A DNA stretch of 32,000 nucleotides, from contig NZ_RSDW01000001.1 in NCBI RefSeq assembly GCF_003945235.1, positions 330,001 to 362,000 on the forward strand. The letters are read 5' to 3'. Each line of letters starts with the position of its first letter. Positions within the stretch are counted from its first letter, which is position 1. Made by a program: the position numbers and the translations under genes. The notes beneath the pieces were generated by a model. It did not search any database. It was not told the origin of the DNA and saw nothing but the letters and a program-made list of their open reading frames with translations. Positions 25,851-32,000 of this stretch are shown one piece after another. Origin of the DNA: Edaphobacter aggregans. Lineage in GTDB: Bacteria > Acidobacteriota > Terriglobia > Terriglobales > Acidobacteriaceae.

Positions 25851-26402
25851 CTATCGCGCCCTGATCGCAAACAGGGGCTGTCCATACTCCACAGGCTGCC
25901 CGCTCGTTGCAATCCGCTTCACCACTTCGCCGGCAACATCCGCCTCGATCTCATTCATCAGCTTCATCGCCTCGACGATGCACAACACCTGGCCGACCTC
26001 AACCTGATCGCCGATCTTCACAAACGGATCCGCACCCGGCGATGGCGACTCATAGAACGTCCCCACAATCGGCGACTTCACCTCATGCAGCGCCTCCTCA
26101 ACTGGAGCAGGAGCAGCAGCGCTGACAGCCGGGGCAGCAGCATGCGCCGGAGCGGCAACTGCACCACCAGCGGGAGCCGAAGCCATCAACCGGCTCAACT
26201 GTGCCAGATCAATCCCACCAGTCGGAGCAGCCGCAACTGCGGGCTCCCCGGCAAACTTGATCCGCACCTTCAGATCGTCTTGCTCCATGTCGAACTCGGC
26301 AATCTCATTTGCCTTCAGGAATTCGACCAGCTCGCGCAGTTCCTTCAACTTATTTCCGTCCATCATGTCTCTTCCCGTGCCTGTTGCGGCACTGTGGTTC
26401 AT
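25851..26402 (-). CDS. accB: Acetyl-CoA carboxylase, biotin carboxyl carrier protein
   Basis: The biotinyl-lysine motif is 'CIVEAMKLMNEIEA', preceded by an Ala/Pro-rich linker and 'SPIVGTFY'. ATG 26366 or 26363 (MMDGNKLKEL...) are possible alternative starts. Confidence 0.9.
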   Translation of the reverse strand: MNHSAATGTGRDMMDGNKLKELRELVEFLKANEIAEFDMEQDDLKVRIKFAGEPAVAAAPTGGIDLAQLSRLMASAPAGGAVAAPAHAAAPAVSAAAPAPVEEALHEVKSPIVGTFYESPSPGADPFVKIGDQVEVGQVLCIVEAMKLMNEIEADVAGEVVKRIATSGQPVEYGQPLFAIRAR

Positions 26403-26406
26403 TTGT

Positions 26407-27492
26407 TTACAGCTCGATCCAGGCCTTCACACTCGGCGTCAGAACTTCTCCACTTGTCGCCGTCACCAACACCATATCTTCGATTCGTAATCCGAACTTG
26501 CCCTGCATATACACCCCAGGCTCGATCGTGATCACCATCCCTTGCTCTAAAACCTGCGTCTGCTTCGCTGCAAGCCTTGGCCCTTCGTGAATCTCCAGTC
26601 CAACCCCATGACCCGTCGAGTGACTAAAATACTTGTCCAGTCCAGCTCGTCGCAACACGCTGCGTGCCGCCTCATCCACATCGCCCGAGGTCACGCCCGG
26701 CCTCACAGCAGCAACTGCAGCCTCCTGTGCTTCCAGAACCGCATCATACACTTCCCGCTCGCCTTCGAGCGCCCGGCCCAGGTGAACAGTGCGGGTCATA
26801 TCACTGCAATAGCCATCCAGCACCACACCAAAATCCAGCGTCACAAACCCACGCTTAGGCAGCTTCACCGTCGAAGCCCGTCCATGTGGCAGCGCACTCC
26901 GCTCGCCGCTCGCCACAATCGTCTCAAACGACATAGCCTCCGCACCAGCCAGCCGCGCCGCATGTTCCAACTCCGCGGCCACAGCCACCTCCGTCAACCC
27001 CGGCTCCAGATAATCCAGCATCCCATCAAACAACCGGCACCCCAGATTCGCGGCCGAACGCATCAAAGTAATCTCGTCCGAATCCTTCACCTCGCGTAGC
27101 CGAGCAATCAGCGACCCCACCGAGACAAACATCCCCCGCCGCACACCCGACGAGACCGCCTTCCGCATAGACTCCAGCACTGCCACCGTCGTCTGCGCTG
27201 CATCGAACCCACACCGTCTGATCCCCGCCGTCTCCATCCACTCGCACGCAGCCGCCACCGCAGGCTTCTTCGCAATCACCACCCGCGTGCCTTTAGCCTC
27301 AGCCTTGGCCTGCGCGGTATATCTCCCATCGGTAAACAGCGTCGCCCCCCCGCGAGCCAGCACCAGCGCCGCAGAAGATCCCGTAAACCCACACAGGTAC
27401 CGCACATCCGGCAGATGCGTCACCAGCAACCCATCGACGCCGGCAGCGGCCACCGCAACAGCCGCTCTCTTCTTCCGCGCTCTAAAATCCAT
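26407..27492 (-). CDS. M24 family metallopeptidase (Xaa-Pro aminopeptidase-like)
   Basis: The pita-bread fold metal-ligand motifs are 'DFGVVLDGYCSDMTRT', 'HSTGHGVGLEIHEGP' and 'ITIEPG'. A creatinase-like N-terminal domain precedes them. The start is ATG 27492; the ORF-track start at 27510 is a TTG. Confidence 0.85.
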   Translation of the reverse strand: MDFRARKKRAAVAVAAAGVDGLLVTHLPDVRYLCGFTGSSAALVLARGGATLFTDGRYTAQAKAEAKGTRVVIAKKPAVAAACEWMETAGIRRCGFDAAQTTVAVLESMRKAVSSGVRRGMFVSVGSLIARLREVKDSDEITLMRSAANLGCRLFDGMLDYLEPGLTEVAVAAELEHAARLAGAEAMSFETIVASGERSALPHGRASTVKLPKRGFVTLDFGVVLDGYCSDMTRTVHLGRALEGEREVYDAVLEAQEAAVAAVRPGVTSGDVDEAARSVLRRAGLDKYFSHSTGHGVGLEIHEGPRLAAKQTQVLEQGMVITIEPGVYMQGKFGLRIEDMVLVTATSGEVLTPSVKAWIEL

Positions 27493-27580
27493 TCCTTTGA
27501 TTCTACCCAACTAATTCTCTCTTGAGCACTTATCAGCCACTCTTCTAGCCTGGTTCACCTCCAACCCGGTATCATGAACT

Positions 27581-28456
27581 ATGTCCGGTTTTTTTCGCGA
27601 CCAGCCGTCGCGTTTCTCCCGTCGAAAATTTCTTATTGGATCTGGTGTTGCCGCCGCGGGTCTCACCCTATACTCCGGCGCGATCGCACGCCACCAGCTC
27701 GAAGTCGTCGACTTCCCCATCCACATCGCCGACCTGCCCGACGCCTTCCGCGGCTACCGCATCGCCCAGATCAGCGACATCCACCTCGACGAATTCACCG
27801 AGCCCTTCTTCGTCGAGCATATCGTCCACAAGATCAACGCTCTGGCCCCCGACCTCGTTCTCATCACCGGAGATTTCGTCACCCGCGGCTCCCTCAACTT
27901 CATCCTCGGCGAGCACCCAGCCCATCGTTGCGCCGAAATCCTCAGCGCCCTCGCCTGCCCGCTTCGCTACGCGATCCTCGGCAACCACGACGTCGCCGTC
28001 AACGCGCCCCTGGTCATCGATGCGCTCTCCACCCGTGGCATCCCGGTCCTCGTCAACCAGCACATCCCCATCGAACGCAACGGAGACCGCTTCTGGCTCT
28101 GCGGAATCGATGACGCAGCCGCCAGCCATCCCGACCTCAACCTGACGATTCCGGACAAGCCCAACGCCCCGGTCATCCTCATGGCCCACGAACCCGACTA
28201 TGTCGAAGCCGTCCTTCAGCACCCACGCGGCCCACTCGTCGATCTCATGCTCTCAGGCCACACTCACGGAGGCCAGGTTCGTCTCCCCATCGGAGGTGCA
28301 CTCGTCCTCCCGCCCATGGGGCAGAAGTTCATCGAAGGCTATTTCCGCCTCGACCACTTACAGCTCTATGTCAATCGAGGCGTAGGAACCGTAGGCCTTC
28401 CCTTCCGCCTCAACTGCCCACCCGAGTTGACGATGTTCACCCTGCAGCCAGCCTAA
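27581..28456 (+). CDS. Metallophosphoesterase (YkuE/YaeI-like) with Tat-like leader
   Basis: Calcineurin-like motifs are 'ISDIHLD', 'ITGDFV', 'GNHD', 'MAHEPD' and 'LSGHTHGGQ'. The N-terminus is 'FSRRKFLIGSGVAAAGLTLYSG'. B. subtilis YkuE is a known Tat substrate. Confidence 0.85.
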   Translation: MSGFFRDQPSRFSRRKFLIGSGVAAAGLTLYSGAIARHQLEVVDFPIHIADLPDAFRGYRIAQISDIHLDEFTEPFFVEHIVHKINALAPDLVLITGDFVTRGSLNFILGEHPAHRCAEILSALACPLRYAILGNHDVAVNAPLVIDALSTRGIPVLVNQHIPIERNGDRFWLCGIDDAAASHPDLNLTIPDKPNAPVILMAHEPDYVEAVLQHPRGPLVDLMLSGHTHGGQVRLPIGGALVLPPMGQKFIEGYFRLDHLQLYVNRGVGTVGLPFRLNCPPELTMFTLQPA

Positions 28457-28478
28457 CCACTCATCAAGCTCGTTTCTT

Positions 28479-28542
28479 GGTCGTCATCCCGCCGTTGCCG
28501 TTGCGTTTTTGGGTTGTCATCCCGTGGGGATCTGCTTCTGCC
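28479..28542 (+). repeat. Intergenic repeat, copy B (tandem GGTYGTCATCCCG heads 33 nt apart, with a GCCGTTGCCGTTGCG tract between them)
   Basis: It lies between the convergent metallophosphoesterase and cysK genes. GGTCGTCATCCCGCCG (28479-28494) and GGTTGTCATCCCGTGG (28512-28527) are followed by GGATCTGCTTCTGCC. It shares the TTGTCAT head and the GTTGC tract with copy C. Confidence 0.45.
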
Positions 28543-28570
28543 TTTTGTCTGTTCTCGCCGAGATCAGCTT

Positions 28571-29623
28571 CTACGACGCAGGCACCAACCAACCGCCCGG
28601 AGTCGAGCGCGAAATCTCCAACTCCTCCTCCGTCATATCCACCGAAACATCCGCAAACAGCGGTGTACTCAAATAGCGCTCGCCCGTATCCGGCAACATA
28701 CAAAGAACCGTCGATCCCTCCGGCGCCTCTTCACAAACACGCAAAGCCGCCGCAAAAGTCGCACCGGAAGTAATGCCCACAAAAATTCCCTCCTTCCGCG
28801 CAAGCTCCTTGCTCCAACGCATAGCCTCTGCATTTTCAACACGCAAAATCTCGCTGACAACCTTCGTATCCACGGCATCTCCTGTCAGCTTCGCGATGAA
28901 ATCCGGACTCCATCCCTGCAACGGATGAGGTTTCCATGAAGGATGACCCGCCGCCGCCGATCCATCAGCATTTCGCGCTTGCTCAATCCCGCTCGAGAGC
29001 ATCGGCGCATCGGCCGGCTCGCACACCACAATCTTCGTCTCAGGTCGCTCCTTCGCAAGCACACGCGCGACACCCTTCAGCGTCCCTCCCGTACCAAACC
29101 CCGTAACCCAATAATCCAATCTCTCACCCTTGAAATCGTCCACGATCTCCCGAGCCGTCGTCCGCGAGTGCATATCCGCATTCGCTTCATTCGTAAACTG
29201 ACGCGTCAAAAACCATCCATGCGTCTCGGCCAACTCCACCGCCTTGGCCACCATTCCCATCCCTCTCGCAGCCGCGGGAGTCAACACAACCTTCGCCCCC
29301 AGGAACCGCATCAGCTTGCGCCGTTCCACGCTGAAAGTCTCCGCCATCGTCACAACAAGCGGATACCCCTTCTGCGCGCACACCATCGCCAGCCCGATCC
29401 CCGTATTCCCACTCGTAGCCTCGACCACCGTCTGTCCGGGCTTCAGCTGTCCAGTCTTTTCAGCATCCTCAATCACACCAAGCGCCAGACGATCTTTCAC
29501 CGACCCCAGCGGATTGAACGCCTCTACTTTGACATAAAGATTCACATGCTGCGGAGCCAACCGATTGATCTTAACCACCGGAGTCCTGCCGACTGTCTCG
29601 AGAATATTGGCATATCGTCCCAC
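28571..29623 (-). CDS. cysK: Cysteine synthase A / O-acetylserine sulfhydrylase family (PLP-dependent)
   Basis: The PLP-lysine motif is 'NPLGSVKDRLA'. Other matching segments are 'EATSGNTGIGLAMV', 'VTGFGTGGTLKG', 'GITSGATFAAAL' and 'PDTGERYLSTPLFAD'. Confidence 0.85.
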   Translation of the reverse strand: MGRYANILETVGRTPVVKINRLAPQHVNLYVKVEAFNPLGSVKDRLALGVIEDAEKTGQLKPGQTVVEATSGNTGIGLAMVCAQKGYPLVVTMAETFSVERRKLMRFLGAKVVLTPAAARGMGMVAKAVELAETHGWFLTRQFTNEANADMHSRTTAREIVDDFKGERLDYWVTGFGTGGTLKGVARVLAKERPETKIVVCEPADAPMLSSGIEQARNADGSAAAGHPSWKPHPLQGWSPDFIAKLTGDAVDTKVVSEILRVENAEAMRWSKELARKEGIFVGITSGATFAAALRVCEEAPEGSTVLCMLPDTGERYLSTPLFADVSVDMTEEELEISRSTPGGWLVPAS

Positions 29624-29713
29624 GTCACCGCTCCTTTGGGCGCACCTTGGCGACCCACTTCATTCACCACAATTCAGCCTGTCCAAGATAACGCTTTTCT
29701 GAACCCTTCAGAA

Positions 29714-30274
29714 CTAACGCCGAAAACAATCCAGCGAGTGATCGTTCACAATCCCCGTCGCCTGCATCCACGCATACACAATAACCGGCCCAACAAATTT
29801 GAATCTCCGCTTCTTCAGCGCCTTCGACATCTCCTCCGAAAGCGGAGTCTTCGCCGGAACAACGCCAGTCATGTTCTTGATCGTCTTACCACCCGCCAGT
29901 CCCCAGACAAACTTCGAAAAATCCTCGCCATCATCCCGCATCTTCAAATAAATGCGAGCCCCGCCAATCGTAGCCTCAATCTTCGCCCTGGACCGAATAA
30001 TCCCCGGATTCTCCAGCAGCCGTTTCACTTCCCGCTCACCCATCCGAGCCACGGCCTCCGGATCGAACTTATGAAACGCCTCACGAAACGCGTCACGCTT
30101 GCGCAAAATTGTGATCCACGACAGCCCCGCCTGGAACCCCTCCAGCATGAGCATCTCCCACAGAGCGCGGCTGTCATGCTCAGGGACTCCCCACTCCTCG
30201 TCGTGGTACGCCTGCATCAGCGGATCATTCTCCGCCCACGCACAGCGATGAACCTTCTTCATAGCCAACCCCAC
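29714..30274 (-). CDS. tag: DNA-3-methyladenine glycosylase I
   Basis: 'RCAWAENDPLMQAYHDEEWGVP' and 'GLSWITILRKR' match Tag. The C-terminal 'NDHSLDCF' supplies the His/Cys zinc ligands. The length is 186 aa. Confidence 0.9.
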   Translation of the reverse strand: MGLAMKKVHRCAWAENDPLMQAYHDEEWGVPEHDSRALWEMLMLEGFQAGLSWITILRKRDAFREAFHKFDPEAVARMGEREVKRLLENPGIIRSRAKIEATIGGARIYLKMRDDGEDFSKFVWGLAGGKTIKNMTGVVPAKTPLSEEMSKALKKRRFKFVGPVIVYAWMQATGIVNDHSLDCFRR

Positions 30275-30284
30275 CGTCCGATTG

Positions 30285-30539
30285 TTACCGAGCCCGCCCC
30301 ACCGGCTTCTTCTGCTTCGGCGCCACCACCACAGGAGCCGCCACCTTCACCCCGGACTTCTCATCCATCCATGCATCCAGCAGGCTCTTCTTGAACCGCC
30401 ACCGATTCCCCAGTTTGAACGCAGGAACGAAGCCCTCCGAAGCATACCGGTACAGCGTGTCTCCGCTAATGCCCAGATACTCCGACGCCTGCCGGATATC
30501 CATCACCTCGCGGGGGACGACCTGAGCTATACCAGCCAT
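30285..30539 (-). CDS. Small helix-turn-helix DNA-binding protein, excisionase/MerR-superfamily type
   Basis: 'MDIRQASEYLGISGDTLYRYASEGFVPAFKLGNRWRFKKSLLDAWM' matches the excisionase-family HTH pattern and is followed by a basic tail. ATG 30539 has AGGAG 10 nt upstream. Alternative starts are GTG 30548 and ATG 30503. Confidence 0.7.
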   Translation of the reverse strand: MAGIAQVVPREVMDIRQASEYLGISGDTLYRYASEGFVPAFKLGNRWRFKKSLLDAWMDEKSGVKVAAPVVVAPKQKKPVGRAR

Positions 30540-30566
30540 ACGGAGCACTCTCCTGATTGCAGAAAC

Positions 30567-30638
30567 GAACGGGCGAAAAACCGGGAAGAGCGTGCCAAAC
30601 CCGGCACACTCTTTGTATTCCCTTTCTCTCGCCCGTTC
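30567..30638 (-). terminator. Nested stem-loop between pfk and the HTH gene (candidate pfk terminator / HTH-gene leader structure)
   Basis: A perfect 10-bp outer stem (GAACGGGCGA 30567-30576 with TCGCCCGTTC 30629-30638) encloses an 11-bp inner hairpin (30586-30596 with 30603-30613, loop of 6 nt). On the minus-strand RNA the only non-Watson-Crick pair is a G-U wobble, whereas on the plus strand it would be a C-A mismatch. A U5 run follows 5 nt after the inner stem on the minus strand. Confidence 0.4.
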
Positions 30639-30695
30639 AACAAAAATCGCTTGCTATTAACCAGCAACTAACTGATAACCAAACACTAAACAGTT

Positions 30696-31739
30696 TTATT
30701 TCGAGCCTTTAGGCGGCTGCAGACTCGTCATCACATCCAGCAGATCCTGCCCGACCGTCCTGGTCTTCGCAATCGCATCTGCCAGCGGAATATCCGATAT
30801 CTCCGTCCCCTTCAGCACTACCAGCCGGCCGAACTTCCCTTCATGAACCAGATCGATAGCCCTCACGCCATACCGGGTCGCCAGCATCCGGTCGAAAGCC
30901 GAAGGCGTACCGCCCCGCTGCGTATGCCCCAGGTTCACGCTGCGAGTCTCGTACTTGGTCCGCTTCTCGATCTCTTCAGCCAGAGCCTGCCCAATCCCGC
31001 TCAACCGAACATGGCCAAACGAGTCTACCGAAGTCCCCACAGTCGCCTGGTCCGACTCCGGAAACTGCGCACCCTCCGCCACCACCACGATCGAGAACTT
31101 CTTCCCATGCTCCCGCCGATACGTCACCAACCGGCAAACCTCCTCGATATCGATCGGCACCTCTGGCACCAGAATCGCATCCGCGCCGCCGGCAATTCCA
31201 GCCGTAATCGCAATCCATCCCGCATCGCGCCCCATCACCTCGCACACCAGCACGCGATTATGCGCCTCCGCGGTCGAGTGCAACCGATCCACCGCCTCCG
31301 TCGCAATCCCCACCGCCGTATCGAACCCGAAGCAAGCATCGGTGCCACTCAAATCGTTATCAATCGTCTTCGGAACCCCAACGCACTTCACCCCGCGCTC
31401 ACTCAGCGCCAAACTGATCGACTGCGTATCGTCCCCACCCAGCGCAATCAGCGCATCCAACTTGTTCTTCTCAATCGTCTCAAGACACTTCTCAAATCCA
31501 CCAGGAATCTTCTTCACATTCGTCCGCGACGACCGCAGAATCGTTCCACCCTTCTGCAAAATCCCCGATGTAGTCTCCAGCGTCAGCGGCATCGTCACAT
31601 CATCGATAACCCCGCGCCACCCTTCCATGAACCCAACAAACTCGTCCCCATGATGCAGGATCCCCTTGCGAACGGCCGCCCGAATTACCGCATTCAGTCC
31701 CGGGCAATCACCGCCACCAGTCAACATTCCAACGCGCAT
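30696..31739 (-). CDS. pfkA: 6-phosphofructokinase (short PfkA-type; residue signature suggests PPi dependence)
   Basis: 'MRVGMLTGGGDCPGLNAVIRA', 'ALGGDDTQS', 'GVPKTIDNDL', 'CEVMGRDAGW' and 'LGHTQRGG' match the family. AAGGAGAG lies 5 nt before the ATG at 31739. Confidence 0.9.
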   Translation of the reverse strand: MRVGMLTGGGDCPGLNAVIRAAVRKGILHHGDEFVGFMEGWRGVIDDVTMPLTLETTSGILQKGGTILRSSRTNVKKIPGGFEKCLETIEKNKLDALIALGGDDTQSISLALSERGVKCVGVPKTIDNDLSGTDACFGFDTAVGIATEAVDRLHSTAEAHNRVLVCEVMGRDAGWIAITAGIAGGADAILVPEVPIDIEEVCRLVTYRREHGKKFSIVVVAEGAQFPESDQATVGTSVDSFGHVRLSGIGQALAEEIEKRTKYETRSVNLGHTQRGGTPSAFDRMLATRYGVRAIDLVHEGKFGRLVVLKGTEISDIPLADAIAKTRTVGQDLLDVMTSLQPPKGSK

Positions 31740-31817
31740 TAAACTCTCCTTTGAACAACGGAAAAATCATACCCCACCAACCACCCCCAATTGTCACCCC
31801 ACAAAAATCTGGCCTCT

Positions 31818-31910
31818 GTCGTTGCTGTTGCAGTTGTTGTTGCAGTTGCAGTTGCTTGTCATTCTGAGCGAAGCGAAGAACCCCCGCATTTCCGAAGGGA
31901 GCGAAGCGGC
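31818..31910 (+). repeat. Intergenic repeat, copy C: (GTT-GCN)n tract + TTGTCATTCTGAGCGAAGCGAAGAACCCCCGC + second GAGCGAAGCG
   Basis: 31818-31860 is a hexamer-periodic tract (GTCGTT GCTGTT GCAGTT GTTGTT GCAGTT GCAGTT GCT). 31856-31887 is the core shared with copy A. GAGCGAAGCG occurs at 31866-31875 and again at 31899-31908, 33 nt apart. The listed ORF 31791..31979 is just a translation of this element. Confidence 0.55.
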
Positions 31911-32000
31911 CCGAGTGCCTTGGCTACTTCTCCACCCACCAATCCGACCGAACCTCCACCCCGCGCACAACCTCCGTAGGCAACCCCGGCTCCGGAGACC

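Noticed and set aside
28571-29623. CysK is about 30-40 aa longer than the ~310-323-aa enzymes I had in mind, including E. coli CysK. It has a longer loop (SSGIEQARNADGSAAAGHPSWKPHPLQGW) and a longer C-terminal tail.
   Set aside because: All PLP and substrate motifs are intact. The extra residues are confined to a surface loop and the tail, and such variants are, as far as I recall, a normal subclade of cysteine synthases.
28943-30394. A 483-aa plus-strand ORF spans the antisense of cysK, tag and the HTH gene.
   Set aside because: It crosses two intergenic regions and three well-supported minus-strand genes. Its R/P/H/L-rich, low-complexity translation marks it as a shadow ORF.
30285-30548. 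The excisionase-family HTH gene could be a marker of a prophage or integrative element.
   Set aside because: The window has no integrase, recombinase, att-like repeats, tRNA target or phage genes. The flanking genes (tag, pfk, cysK) are housekeeping genes with the same composition.
31818-31910. I considered the short periodic repeats as a possible degenerate CRISPR array.
   Set aside because: The repeat unit is 6 nt with no spacers, and there are no cas genes. It is a microsatellite-like tract attached to an intergenic repeat.
31791-31979. A 62-aa ORF encodes 'VAVAVVVAVAVACHSERSEEPPHF...'.
   Set aside because: It is the literal translation of the hexamer tract plus the TTGTCAT/GAGCGAAGCG repeat, so I treat it as a repeat element and not a gene.

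Overview
This 32 kb chromosomal window most resembles an Acidobacteriota (Terriglobia-like) genome. The clues are a GWxTD-domain protein, a CarboxypepD_reg-type outer-membrane barrel, many Tat-leader Gfo/Idh/MocA and TIM-barrel enzymes, and 'TTGTCAT...GAGCGNAGCG' intergenic repeats. I can support 27 protein-coding genes. I found no rRNA, tRNA, CRISPR array, transposase or integrase. The window falls into three blocks. (i) 1-10.4 kb holds the 3' end of a NodT-type efflux outer-membrane factor gene, a GntR/FCD regulator, and a redox 'sugar' locus. That locus has two Gfo/Idh/MocA dehydrogenases, three xylose-isomerase-like TIM barrels, ThuA, a secreted VOC protein and a Tat multicopper oxidase, arranged mainly as two operons diverging from 4534-4873. 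(ii) 10.4-20.4 kb holds an aminotransferase and then an envelope locus. A half-size CarboxypepD_reg beta-barrel and a GWxTD protein are transcribed divergently from a MacA-like adaptor, a MacB-type ABC ATPase with no permease gene, and an 860-aa secreted protein with no recognisable domain. (iii) 20.4-31.7 kb is a GC-richer housekeeping run, almost all on the minus strand: two APC permeases, thiE, accC, accB, an M24 aminopeptidase, a metallophosphoesterase (plus strand), cysK, tag, a small excisionase-type HTH gene and a phosphofructokinase. The best candidates for something undescribed are the mixed periplasmic/cytoplasmic oxidoreductase/TIM-barrel/ThuA/MCO locus and the permease-less adaptor/ATPase locus with its neighbouring unknown secreted proteins. 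All calls rest on motif recognition by eye. No database search was possible.
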